Part shown: one piece after another, positions 39,194 to 48,466 of the stretch | Layout of the letters: every line of letters begins with the position of its first letter | Position numbering within the stretch: the stretch's first letter is position 1 | IMG/VR virus record: IMGVR_UViG_3300044995_000307 | Location: 1-52,855 of that record | Source of the DNA: a virus | Taxonomy: Duplodnaviria > Caudoviricetes | Direction: 5' to 3' (one strand) | Length of the DNA: 52,855 nt | Notes under the pieces: model-generated | Told to the model about the DNA's origin: nothing | Databases searched by the model: none | What the model saw: the letters and a program-made list of their open reading frames with translations, nothing else | Position numbers and translations under genes: made by a program

Positions 39194-39810
39194 ATAAAAA
39201 ATATTTTTATTATTTGTTCTTGTTTATACCGTTTTGTTCATCTACAGTATCCGCTATACACATAGAAAAATTTTTAAGACTTGGTAATCCCATATGGTTA
39301 AGTATACCAGTAGCTTCTGTTTATGAAGCTGCTAATATAATTATAGTAATGCTATTATCTGACAAAATATTAAAAAATAGGACATTTGCCTTTATTACAT
39401 TTATAATTTTAATATTTATGCAGGTAGTTGGTAACGTATATTTTTCATATGAATATTATTCTAAGTATATTGTTGGAGATTATTTTAAAGAAATATATTC
39501 AATAATATTTGATGAAACTGATGAAAAATTTATTAAAGTAATATTGTCTTTATTAATAGGTGCTGTAATACCAATAGTGTCTCTATTATTGACAAAAATA
39601 ATATCAGACATGAAAAATGAAAACGAAGAAAAATTAGACCAAGATCCTGTTAAAAAAGAAATAGAAACAGAAGACTTAGTAAAAAAAACAGAGGAGAAAG
39701 AATTAGTAGAAGAAGCTAATAAAGAAGAAATTAAAAACAATTTATCTAATTATCAAGATAAAGATATATATAGTAATATTAGTAATATTAAAACCGATGA
39801 TATTAGATAA
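39190..39810 (+). CDS. Multi-pass membrane protein with charged tail
   Basis: About four hydrophobic segments, then an E/K-rich C-terminus. Confidence 0.7.
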   Translation: MNKKYFYYLFLFIPFCSSTVSAIHIEKFLRLGNPIWLSIPVASVYEAANIIIVMLLSDKILKNRTFAFITFIILIFMQVVGNVYFSYEYYSKYIVGDYFKEIYSIIFDETDEKFIKVILSLLIGAVIPIVSLLLTKIISDMKNENEEKLDQDPVKKEIETEDLVKKTEEKELVEEANKEEIKNNLSNYQDKDIYSNISNIKTDDIR

Positions 39811-40720
39811 AAATACTTGCTTAGAATGTTTTAATTGTGGAGAAAAAGAAAAAAATCTTATACTAGACGTTTTTTGTTTTAAAATAGACTCTGACGATAA
39901 TTGTGATAAATTGTGTTTAAAAGATTTAAAATTACCTGTAACAGATCATTCTTGTCTTACAAAAACATTATTGGAAAAACAAAGTATAATATTAGATTCT
40001 AGCAAAATATTTCTTGTAAAAGTTGATAAAAATAAAAATGTTTGGTGGAGAAAAATAAACAGGTATACAGATTTATTTAAAAATATAAGCTACGACCTAC
40101 AATTACAATTAAACACAGTAAATTTAGCTAATGATAATACATTAATAGAGTATTCATTAACAATGACTCAAAATACGTCTTCTGTGTTAGTTACTTGGAA
40201 TAACTTTCCCACTAGCGTATTTGCTTATAACGGGACTACATGGAGTAATTTGACTAATGTTACATGGAATACTTTCAATCCACTTAATCTTAATACTTTA
40301 CACCAATATCCAACGTTATCATTAAGTGGTGAATTTTCTATGAACTTTGATGGTAACATTCAATCAAAAACTAAAGAAATAACCTTTGAATTAACCAATG
40401 GGTATTTTAAATATTCTATTGTTTGTGAAATTACTTTAGATAAGCTTAATAATACTATAACTAATGAAATAAAATCAGTTATATTAACTGGAGAGTTATA
40501 TTCAGAAGAATTTATAGTTACTAATAAATCTAGTGCAGTAACAAATAATGGTTCAGAGTTACAACTTGATGAAGAACATAACATTTTTACACAAAAGGTA
40601 GAAGAGTTCTTTTCTTTAAAAGGCTTTTTGTTTCTTTCTTCAACAAAAGATATTTCATCTATTAAAATTTTTAACCAAGACAAATCAAGTAAATCTCTTT
40701 CAATTATCAAATATTCATAA
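39797..40720 (+). CDS. Hypothetical protein with Cys-rich N-terminus
   Basis: 307 aa; CLECFNC...C...CDKLC; internal TWNN/TWSN/TWNT segment. Confidence 0.7.
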   Translation: MILDKNTCLECFNCGEKEKNLILDVFCFKIDSDDNCDKLCLKDLKLPVTDHSCLTKTLLEKQSIILDSSKIFLVKVDKNKNVWWRKINRYTDLFKNISYDLQLQLNTVNLANDNTLIEYSLTMTQNTSSVLVTWNNFPTSVFAYNGTTWSNLTNVTWNTFNPLNLNTLHQYPTLSLSGEFSMNFDGNIQSKTKEITFELTNGYFKYSIVCEITLDKLNNTITNEIKSVILTGELYSEEFIVTNKSSAVTNNGSELQLDEEHNIFTQKVEEFFSLKGFLFLSSTKDISSIKIFNQDKSSKSLSIIKYS

Positions 40721-40753
40721 TTGAAACTTGATAAAAATTACTCAATATATATA
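40721..40753 (+). promoter_or_regulatory. Candidate promoter upstream of HU
   Basis: TTGAAAC...AATATATATAAT. Confidence 0.45.
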
Positions 40754-40793
40754 ATCTCACAATTAACTAATTATTAACTAAAAAAAGATCGCT

Positions 40794-41072
40794 ATGACTC
40801 TAGAACAATTAGAAAAAGAAGTTGCGACCGAAACTGGTCTAACTATCAAAGATTCGAAAGCTGCAATCACAGCTATTTCTAAAGCTTTATTAAAAGACTT
40901 AAAGAAAGGTAATTCTACTAGAATTCCTTCTTTGGGAACATTTTCAGTAAAACAGCATAAAGCTAGAACTGGAAAAAACCCAAGAACTCAAGAACCAATT
41001 CAAATTCCTGCTAAAAAAGTTATTGCTTTTAAGGCAGCTAAAGTGGTTCGTGAGGCTATTAACAAAAAATAG
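40794..41072 (+). CDS. hup: HU histone-like DNA-binding protein
   Basis: LGTFSV...ARTGKNPRTQEPIQIPAKKVIAFKA signature. Confidence 0.95.
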   Translation: MTLEQLEKEVATETGLTIKDSKAAITAISKALLKDLKKGNSTRIPSLGTFSVKQHKARTGKNPRTQEPIQIPAKKVIAFKAAKVVREAINKK

Positions 41073-41094
41073 CCTTTTTAAAAAAAAAAGTAAT

Positions 41095-41127
41095 AATGAC
41101 CAACGAAACTAATTCGTTGGTCATTTT
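41095..41127 (+). terminator. Intrinsic terminator after HU
   Basis: aatgaccaacgaa-actaa-ttcgttggtcatt-tt. Confidence 0.8.
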
Positions 41128-41157
41128 ATATTAGTACTTTACTAAAAATCAAATAAT

Positions 41158-41655
41158 ATGAAATATTCTAAATTCAAATCAATCTATTTACAGCTAGAAT
41201 CAATTTCTTCTTATCAAGAATTACCAATAGGTGCTGTTCTTGCAAAAAATCTTTCAAAAATGAAAAAAATTATTACAGAAAAAGAAGAAGAAATTGAAAA
41301 AATAGTACAAAAATATGCAATATTAGATGAAAAAGGTGAATTGCTAGGCATAAAGCAAGAAGATGGCACTAGAAAAGATTTGAAAAAATCTCCATACACT
41401 TATGATGAAATAGACGTAGAAGATAGAGAAAAATTCCAAGAAGAAATTAAAAAAGTAATGGATTCAGAAGTTGAATTTGAACCAATATCAATTTCCTCAT
41501 CTAAAAAAATTTTCGTAAAATACACTAAAGAAGATGATAAAAAAGGCGTAATAACTTTAGAAAGACAATCTACATTAATTGATGAACTAGAGCAAAAACT
41601 AGTACCAGTTGCAATATCGTTTCTAATAGACAATAATATTTTATTAGAAGATTAG
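41158..41655 (+). CDS. Hypothetical protein
   Basis: 165 aa ORF, helical and charged. Confidence 0.7.
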   Translation: MKYSKFKSIYLQLESISSYQELPIGAVLAKNLSKMKKIITEKEEEIEKIVQKYAILDEKGELLGIKQEDGTRKDLKKSPYTYDEIDVEDREKFQEEIKKVMDSEVEFEPISISSSKKIFVKYTKEDDKKGVITLERQSTLIDELEQKLVPVAISFLIDNNILLED

Positions 41656-41670
41656 TGCAATCTTAATAAT

Positions 41671-41708
41671 AATATTCTTTTGGAGGGTTTCCCCTCCAAA
41701 AGAATATT
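41671..41708. terminator. Bidirectional terminator between convergent genes
   Basis: aatattcttttggaggg-tttc-ccctccaaaagaatatt. Confidence 0.85.
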
Positions 41709-41724
41709 TTAAAGTATTACTTTA

Positions 41725-43173
41725 TTAATTATCAAATATAACTTTTGAATCTACAAATTCAGAAGTACCTAATCCGAAAAGATAAACGTTATTATATTTT
41801 TCCATTACTGGCTTAACAAATTGATCTAACCATCGATAACATTTTTGTGATACAAAATCAGTAACCCCTTCCATGTCTGGATCAATCCAATTCATAAAAT
41901 TCATATGAATGTATATTTTATGAATAGTTTGGTTATACTTTATTGCTTCATCAAGATTTATACTAGAGTATGTTGCAACCCTTCTAGGTAATTTAGTAAG
42001 ACTAGTTAATATTGCAGATTCTTTAATAATTATTCCATTTTCTTCTTGTAAGGCTTCCCAAGTAATTTCTTTAGAATCTGGGAAAAAATCTCCGCTGTAT
42101 GAGTCAACTTTATTATAAGGTATTGATGGATATCTGTCTATTAATGGTTTAGTAAGATGTATGTTAGGCCTGCTAGTTACATAGATAAACTTATCTCTAA
42201 TTATTATTTCAAAATAATCGGGCGGATATTCATTAGCAATAGGTTTTATTAATTGTGCTATTTTTTCACTAATAGAGTCAGAATCTTCTGGTAGATTTTC
42301 TCCAAAATGATTCTTATATAACTCTTCAATAGAATAAGAATTTATTGACTCTGATTTGCTAATTAATTTATAAGAAGCTATTCTAATAGGATAAGTTCTA
42401 TCATTAAGGAATACGTTACCAACAACAGATGGTGGTAAAAATCCATCATTTAAAGCAGAACTAACTGTAACATTTCTGCTAGTGGTATAAGGAGCAAATC
42501 TCCAATAATTATTACTTAATGGAAATCCTTGCCCAATAGAGTATAAACCACTTTTACCTTTACTTAATAAGTCTAAAATTTCCTCTTCTACTACACATAC
42601 CATATCCGATATTTCTTTAATATCTTTAGCAGTAACTAAAGTTTTATTTCTAACAGCTTTTTTAGCAAGAACAGCACCACTACCAGAAGCAGTAGTACCA
42701 GTTTTTATAGTTCCATCTCTAAGATCTTCTTCGCTATAATAATTACCATCTAGATCACATAAACCTTTTTCAAAATCTATATCAATTTTTTGAATAACAG
42801 CTGCTCTACTAGAAATTCTTACTTTTGATCTTGGAATACCACAAAATTCTATTTCTTTAAATAAAGATTCTAGTTCAAAACTTGCTCCAGAAGTAATGAA
42901 TATTTTTTCAAGTTTGTCATGGTACAATGAACCGCTAGGTAAAGCTTTAAAAACTATTTCTACTTTTTCTCCATTAGAATTTGTGTCTGTTACCGTATGA
43001 GAAGCATTTGCAGAATTACTAGTCAAAATAAATGAATAATCAGTATTTTTAACTAAAAAAGCTTCTAAAGAGCCTTTACCAGAGCTACCTTGTGCAGCAT
43101 CTAAAAGAAAATTTATTTTACCAGGAATTATGGTATTATTAAGTTTGTTTGAGTAATTAAATTTGTTTTTCAT
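41725..43173 (-). CDS. purZ: PurZ-type adenylosuccinate synthetase homologue (candidate N6-succino-2-amino-dAMP synthetase)
   Basis: LLDAAQGSSGKG (Ser at the PurA Asp13 position), NASHT, LPSG, GTTASGSG, QGFPLS, PYTTSR, RTYPIRIA, SG..PDS.E, TSLTKLPRRV, NFMNW. PurA fold is near certain; the PurZ assignment is probable. Confidence 0.78.
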   Translation of the reverse strand: MKNKFNYSNKLNNTIIPGKINFLLDAAQGSSGKGSLEAFLVKNTDYSFILTSNSANASHTVTDTNSNGEKVEIVFKALPSGSLYHDKLEKIFITSGASFELESLFKEIEFCGIPRSKVRISSRAAVIQKIDIDFEKGLCDLDGNYYSEEDLRDGTIKTGTTASGSGAVLAKKAVRNKTLVTAKDIKEISDMVCVVEEEILDLLSKGKSGLYSIGQGFPLSNNYWRFAPYTTSRNVTVSSALNDGFLPPSVVGNVFLNDRTYPIRIASYKLISKSESINSYSIEELYKNHFGENLPEDSDSISEKIAQLIKPIANEYPPDYFEIIIRDKFIYVTSRPNIHLTKPLIDRYPSIPYNKVDSYSGDFFPDSKEITWEALQEENGIIIKESAILTSLTKLPRRVATYSSINLDEAIKYNQTIHKIYIHMNFMNWIDPDMEGVTDFVSQKCYRWLDQFVKPVMEKYNNVYLFGLGTSEFVDSKVIFDN

Positions 43174-43250
43174 ATTAATTCGTATTATATTAATTAGTAA
43201 AATTTATTTGCCTTAATAAATTTGCTAGTTATAAACTTATTTTATTAAAA

Positions 43251-43282
43251 CTGTAATAATAGAAAATATAATTTTTGTTTCA
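43251..43282 (-). promoter_or_regulatory. Candidate promoter upstream of purZ (TGAAAC...TATTAT)
   Basis: Minus strand reads TGAAACAAAAATTATATTTTCTATTATTACAG; TGAAAC recurs upstream of several other genes. Confidence 0.4.
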
Positions 43283-43323
43283 GTATGTCTATAACAAAGA
43301 TAAAAAAACATAAAATAAAAATA

Positions 43324-43746
43324 TTATTTTGAAAAAATATATTTAAAGGAAATATTAAAAGTACAATTATAAACTATTCCAATAATTAATAAAGACAGTA
43401 ATACTGCTAATACATTGGTATTAACAATAAAAAAACCACACATTATTAAAGAAATTATTTTGATACTTTTAAAAAAATGCCAAGCGTCACAAAATTGAAC
43501 AGGAATATTTATGCCAATTTTAAAAAAAGATATTTTCTTTCTAGAGCCATCTTCATTATACTTATTTTTCCAACCAACATTATAATGATCTGCAAAAAAA
43601 TATAATATGAAATGATGTAATCTGGTTGTTGGCTTTTCTATATTAAATATAGATTTATTCCAATGGAAACATATTTTATCCATTATAGCACTTGAAAAAC
43701 CAGACAATAATGAAAAAAATATCATTAAAAGTATTTTGATTAACAT
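43324..43746 (-). CDS. Membrane protein
   Basis: N- and C-terminal TM helices; AIMD...WKNKY...DAWHFFK. Confidence 0.7.
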   Translation of the reverse strand: MLIKILLMIFFSLLSGFSSAIMDKICFHWNKSIFNIEKPTTRLHHFILYFFADHYNVGWKNKYNEDGSRKKISFFKIGINIPVQFCDAWHFFKSIKIISLIMCGFFIVNTNVLAVLLSLLIIGIVYNCTFNISFKYIFSK

Positions 43747-44084
43747 TATAAAATGTTTTTGTATTCTTTGTAAAGAAGAACTATTATACTAATGTATGTG
43801 CTTAATATTAGATACATTATAATTGACCCAACAGACATTAGTGATAATACAGCAATTCCTATTATTATTAATGGTATTGAATAATATCTTAAAGCAAATA
43901 CATGTAATACAAAAACTATAAAGAAGAATAACCCAAATATTAGATATCCTTCTGAATCTAATTTTTCAGTGTCTTGATTAAAAAATGTACTTATAGATAA
44001 GAAAGTAAAAATAGCAAAGACAATTTTTACTTCTAATTTAGAAGTAAAAATTAAATATTTAATAAAATTAATAATATCCTTCAT
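43746..44084 (-). CDS. Small multi-pass membrane protein
   Basis: 112 aa, mostly hydrophobic. Confidence 0.65.
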   Translation of the reverse strand: MKDIINFIKYLIFTSKLEVKIVFAIFTFLSISTFFNQDTEKLDSEGYLIFGLFFFIVFVLHVFALRYYSIPLIIIGIAVLSLMSVGSIIMYLILSTYISIIVLLYKEYKNIL

Positions 44085-45138
44085 AACTAATCAAAATGTT
44101 CTTTTCATTTATTTTAGCAAATTGTAATAGTTTCTTATACTTTAAAGAATAAAATATTTTATTAAAATTATTTAACGGTAAACTACATTCACTATCTAAG
44201 ATTATTTCGCTATTGTTATCTAACAAAAAAATTTTAACATAATCTTTAGTAGCTATAAATATTTTGTTTAAATCTTTTACATAAGAAATATTTGTTATAT
44301 CTACTCCACTAAAAATAGGCTTTATAGGATATATTTCTCCAGTAGTATGAACTCTTGCAAGATTTATTTGATCATTATTTAATACAAAAAACATTTTATC
44401 AATATATGGAGTTATTCCTTTAAATGAAGTCCTGTTCTCTATTATAGAAAAAGACTTTGCTTTAATATTGCAATTATATAATTTTTTTGTTCTAGTATTA
44501 ACAAAGAACAAATTATCATTAAAAATATTAACTAAATCAATGTCTAAATCTTTATAAGAATATATCTTACTATAATTCTTTGAAAATATATCAAATCCTT
44601 TATCATTGACTATTACTAAATAATTTTCGTTAGATAAAATGCCTTTATAAAAGCTATCAAACGCTATATGTTTCTTAATTAATCTTACATTAGTTTTATT
44701 ATTACTGATTGTTACCTTTAATAATCGATGAATACTTGATGAGATTTCACTAACAAGTATGTAAACGTTATCTTTAAAATATAAAAAATCTTTGATATGA
44801 TAATATGAGTTGAGCTGTTGCTTATTAACTATTTCAAATGAATCTACAGAAACTGTGTATAATATATTATTATTGTCAATAATTAACAAAAAATCTTTAT
44901 AAAAGTATAGATGATTAATGATTAATTCATTTAAAATAAATCTAAAATTGTAAGTATGACTAGTACAAATATTTCTTTTTTCTACACTGGATGGATCTTC
45001 TATTTCTTTTAAAAAATTTTCTTTATCAACGCTGCTAATTAACTTATATAAAGAATTATTATATAAAAATAAATCAAACTTTTTTGAAGGAATTTCCCCT
45101 TTATCAAAATTAAAGAAAACTTTGTCTATTTTAGCCAT
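44068..45138 (-). CDS. Beta-propeller-like protein
   Basis: Recurrent short beta-strand units about 40 aa apart. Confidence 0.55.
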   Translation of the reverse strand: MAKIDKVFFNFDKGEIPSKKFDLFLYNNSLYKLISSVDKENFLKEIEDPSSVEKRNICTSHTYNFRFILNELIINHLYFYKDFLLIIDNNNILYTVSVDSFEIVNKQQLNSYYHIKDFLYFKDNVYILVSEISSSIHRLLKVTISNNKTNVRLIKKHIAFDSFYKGILSNENYLVIVNDKGFDIFSKNYSKIYSYKDLDIDLVNIFNDNLFFVNTRTKKLYNCNIKAKSFSIIENRTSFKGITPYIDKMFFVLNNDQINLARVHTTGEIYPIKPIFSGVDITNISYVKDLNKIFIATKDYVKIFLLDNNSEIILDSECSLPLNNFNKIFYSLKYKKLLQFAKINEKNILISYEGYY

Positions 45139-45355
45139 TAATTAATGAGTTAATCTTTGATAACTGTGATTGTGTTAAAGCATTTTTAAACCAATCTTTA
45201 CTCATCATTATTTTCAAATGATCAATATTTCTTTCAATAATTTCTGCTTTTTCTTCATCATTATTGCTTGAAGATAATAATGATTCTATTAAATTAACAG
45301 AATCGAATGCTGCACTAATTGATTTTTCTATTTGTTCTTGAGTAAAATTTTCCAT
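45131..45355 (-). CDS. Small protein downstream of fibre genes (possible chaperone)
   Basis: AAFDSVNLI...IERNIDHLKIM..KDWF. Confidence 0.6.
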   Translation of the reverse strand: MENFTQEQIEKSISAAFDSVNLIESLLSSSNNDEEKAEIIERNIDHLKIMMSKDWFKNALTQSQLSKINSLING

Positions 45356-45356
45356 G

Positions 45357-45542
45357 TTACAATTTTATTATAACTTGATTATTTATTATTTCAACTTCTA
45401 AAGCAAAAATAGCTTCATAATCTAATTCACCTTCTTCTGTACGAGGTAAAATATTTTCATCTATATCAAAAACCTCATTTTTACCATTATTTTTTAAATC
45501 ACCTATTGCTACTATTTTATTATTGATTATTTGTACTTTCAT
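45357..45542 (-). CDS. Small hypothetical protein
   Basis: 61 aa, 1 nt from the downstream gene. Confidence 0.6.
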   Translation of the reverse strand: MKVQIINNKIVAIGDLKNNGKNEVFDIDENILPRTEEGELDYEAIFALEVEIINNQVIIKL

Positions 45543-45557
45543 AATATTTTAATTTTT

Positions 45558-46790
45558 TTATCTAAAATCATATCTTAAAATATGTCTAACAGTTGCAACA
45601 CCAGCAGGACCAATATAATAATAATACTCAAGTTGTTTATTAAAATATCTTAATTGTGAAAACATTGGTATGTTAATCACAACAGACTCACCTGTCATAA
45701 CATTAATAAAATAAGCTAAACCTAATGGATTATTAGTAGCTGCAAATAAAGCCCAATCTGGATTACTTGCATCGTATAAAACTTGATAAGCATTATTTGG
45801 AGCAGTTATTGAATTTCCTAATGTCAATGAAATTGTAGGTTCACCTGTTGATGGATTTATTTCAAGAATTCTTAAACCACCAACACCAACATTACTTTGT
45901 GAAAAAAATACATAAGTTTTACCATTGCTTGCGTAAATAGGTTGTATATAATGTGTCATATTTCCAAAATATGGCATATTATATGTACCAATCAGTGCAT
46001 ATGTATTAATATTATATACTCTAAAAGTATTAGCACCATTTGTGCTTGTACATATAAATCCATTTACTTCATCAAACCACCAAACCATATATGTAAATCC
46101 AGATCCTGTAGTTTGGTCTATCAATAATGTTGTTGTAAGTGTAGTAGAATCTATTTCATATAATCTAAAAAGAGAAACTGTTGATTGAAATGTTACATAG
46201 TATAAACGATTATTTCTAACTATATAATTCCCTCCAGATATAGTACCACTATAGGTACTTGTAAATGTTCCAATAATAGTATTAGTAACAGCATTCATTC
46301 TTGTTATAGTCAAAGTGCCAGCTACGCTAGTAATAGCCCAATATTCGTTGTTTATATAAACTACTCTTATAACATCGTGGCTACAATTTATATTTGTTAT
46401 ATTTGTGTATATTTCATTATGATTTGGCCTTGTAAATATTATTACGTTATCAGTGTTGGGTCCACCTGCTATTACATACTTATCATTTATTTCATCATAT
46501 AACCAATTTTGTATACCTAATAAACCATTACCATTATTTGTATTACCAGGATTAACGGTCATGTATTTTAATGAGAAGGTATTAAATGGATTTATTTTAT
46601 CCACTTTCTCAGGATTAGTAAATGGTGTTTCGCCAGCATTTAATGTAAATCCATTTCTAACTATGTAAGTTCTCCAATCGTTAGTTGCTGCTTGCCATGC
46701 AAATTTCTGTCCTTCTGTAAACACAGAAGTGTTTGTCCAAGTAAACAATTTTTCATTATCTTTTACTTTTTTAGCAAATCCTTGCGACAT
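45558..46790 (-). CDS. Beta-propeller-like virion/receptor-binding candidate
   Basis: 410 aa, rich in T/N/G/Y beta strands; lies in the tail appendage cluster. Confidence 0.6.
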   Translation of the reverse strand: MSQGFAKKVKDNEKLFTWTNTSVFTEGQKFAWQAATNDWRTYIVRNGFTLNAGETPFTNPEKVDKINPFNTFSLKYMTVNPGNTNNGNGLLGIQNWLYDEINDKYVIAGGPNTDNVIIFTRPNHNEIYTNITNINCSHDVIRVVYINNEYWAITSVAGTLTITRMNAVTNTIIGTFTSTYSGTISGGNYIVRNNRLYYVTFQSTVSLFRLYEIDSTTLTTTLLIDQTTGSGFTYMVWWFDEVNGFICTSTNGANTFRVYNINTYALIGTYNMPYFGNMTHYIQPIYASNGKTYVFFSQSNVGVGGLRILEINPSTGEPTISLTLGNSITAPNNAYQVLYDASNPDWALFAATNNPLGLAYFINVMTGESVVINIPMFSQLRYFNKQLEYYYYIGPAGVATVRHILRYDFR

Positions 46791-46792
46791 AT

Positions 46793-47662
46793 CTAATTAA
46801 ATATTATAAAATTACTAGAGTTTGAATAAAACAAAACTTTATTTTTGGTAACACTTTTTGTAAATTCTCCTTTATCTATTTGAATAGTATATGTGTTTAT
46901 GACACCATATATTAAATCAGCATTGTTTCCATTAATAATAAAATCATTCTTGTCTACTAGCAATTTGTAGTTTATTAGCAACAAAGTATCTTTACCTATT
47001 TTATTATATGATCCTTTTTGTATGTCAATTATATAATTTTTTAATAAATCTAAATTGATTCCTGATAAATTATATTGTCCATTTTCTTTTTGTATAAAGT
47101 AACTTTTTAATAAAGAAAGATTATTACCAATTTTGTCATAATTACCAGATATTATGCTAATGGTGAAATTTTTTAATAAATCAGCTTGATTACCTGTGTA
47201 AATTAGTGTAGTACTCTCTTGTGCTAAATAATAATTTTTTAACAAATTCACTTGGTTACCATTTATTAAAAAAGAAGAATTTTCGCTACTAATATAAAAT
47301 TTTTTTAATATATTTGTATTTTTACCAGTGTATTGATAATCACCTTTATCAATAGATATCAATCTGTTGTAAGCATAATTAACATCTTTGCCAGTGTATT
47401 GATAATCATCTTTTTCTGCTATTATTTTACTAACCTTTAACAATTCGTTATCAATACCAACGACTGAATAAGATGTATTATTTAAAGAAATTTTATTAAC
47501 CTTTCTTAAAGAGATGTTGTTACCATTTACTAAATATGTTCCCTTTTCAGCATCTATTGTAATACCAGAAGGGGGTATTTTGTCAGACTGACTTCTTAAC
47601 TTGAGATCTTTATCACTAGGTAGTAATTTACTAGAAAAACTCCTTAAATATAAGTCTGACAT
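46793..47662 (-). CDS. Repeat-containing structural protein
   Basis: About ten 22-aa units IxxxKGxYxxxGxxxxLLKxY. Confidence 0.7.
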   Translation of the reverse strand: MSDLYLRSFSSKLLPSDKDLKLRSQSDKIPPSGITIDAEKGTYLVNGNNISLRKVNKISLNNTSYSVVGIDNELLKVSKIIAEKDDYQYTGKDVNYAYNRLISIDKGDYQYTGKNTNILKKFYISSENSSFLINGNQVNLLKNYYLAQESTTLIYTGNQADLLKNFTISIISGNYDKIGNNLSLLKSYFIQKENGQYNLSGINLDLLKNYIIDIQKGSYNKIGKDTLLLINYKLLVDKNDFIINGNNADLIYGVINTYTIQIDKGEFTKSVTKNKVLFYSNSSNFIIFN

Positions 47663-47663
47663 A

Positions 47664-48458
47664 TTATATTGCTGTTGGAGTAATATTAAAATCAGTTACA
47701 TCAAAAACATTGGGGCTTCCTACTTTTCTAGCAGTAATAACATAATTGCTATCATTATCATATCTAAAGAATTCATAAACGCCAGTAGTAGGATTACTAA
47801 CAGTAGATCCAATATAAAACATCTTTCCATCAACAAATTTATGTAAATAAACATCACAGCTACCCAATATAGAACCAGAATTATCTCTAGTGACCCCCGA
47901 TATTTTATGTGTTGGTTGATAATATTCATCCCAAACACACTGCACCCAGTAAGCATTTTGTAAATATTGATTTGCACTTGCTGTTGGTAAAAAAGAAGTA
48001 ACCAAAATTGCTTCTCCAGGTCTTAATACAAAGTCTGTATCTTCTACTAATTTTGGAAGCAAATTATTGTCCCAAGAAACTTGTTGCTCTGCTGCACCTC
48101 TTAATCTATTTGTATATTGCTGATAAATTTGTGAAGTAAAATTGGTATTTATATAACTATTATTACCATCTTCTACTGATGCTAATATTTTAACACCTTG
48201 ATTTGATGACTCAATAGTGTGAAATGCGTTCTTATTTAATTCACAGCCACCAGAAATATCTTTTGCTGATAATCTACAAGTTCTAACCAAAGGATTTATA
48301 CTGGTAGATACAACTATAGAATCGTCTTGCACTAATAACCTTCTTACATATATTGCTACAGTAGAACTATATTGATTAACTATTGCAAACAAATTCTGTA
48401 TTGTAGAACTATTTCCAGGTTGTATATTGGTTACAGAAGTTCCTGTGAATAATCTCAT
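47664..48458 (-). CDS. Putative structural protein, paralogue of 48467..49018 plus C-terminal beta-sandwich
   Basis: Shared NLF.I.NQ, QQY..RL..AA.Q, DN.LLP, F.LRP.E, VQCVW; tail ISGVTRD...TG.YEF. Confidence 0.7.
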   Translation of the reverse strand: MRLFTGTSVTNIQPGNSSTIQNLFAIVNQYSSTVAIYVRRLLVQDDSIVVSTSINPLVRTCRLSAKDISGGCELNKNAFHTIESSNQGVKILASVEDGNNSYINTNFTSQIYQQYTNRLRGAAEQQVSWDNNLLPKLVEDTDFVLRPGEAILVTSFLPTASANQYLQNAYWVQCVWDEYYQPTHKISGVTRDNSGSILGSCDVYLHKFVDGKMFYIGSTVSNPTTGVYEFFRYDNDSNYVITARKVGSPNVFDVTDFNITPTAI

Positions 48459-48466
48459 ATATAATA

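Noticed and set aside
41725-43173. Plain purA annotation
   Set aside because: Lacks GDEGKG and TKLD; kept only as the alternative hypothesis.
47720-47977. Nested 85 aa minus-strand ORF
   Set aside because: Out-of-frame inside a well-supported gene with no independent support.
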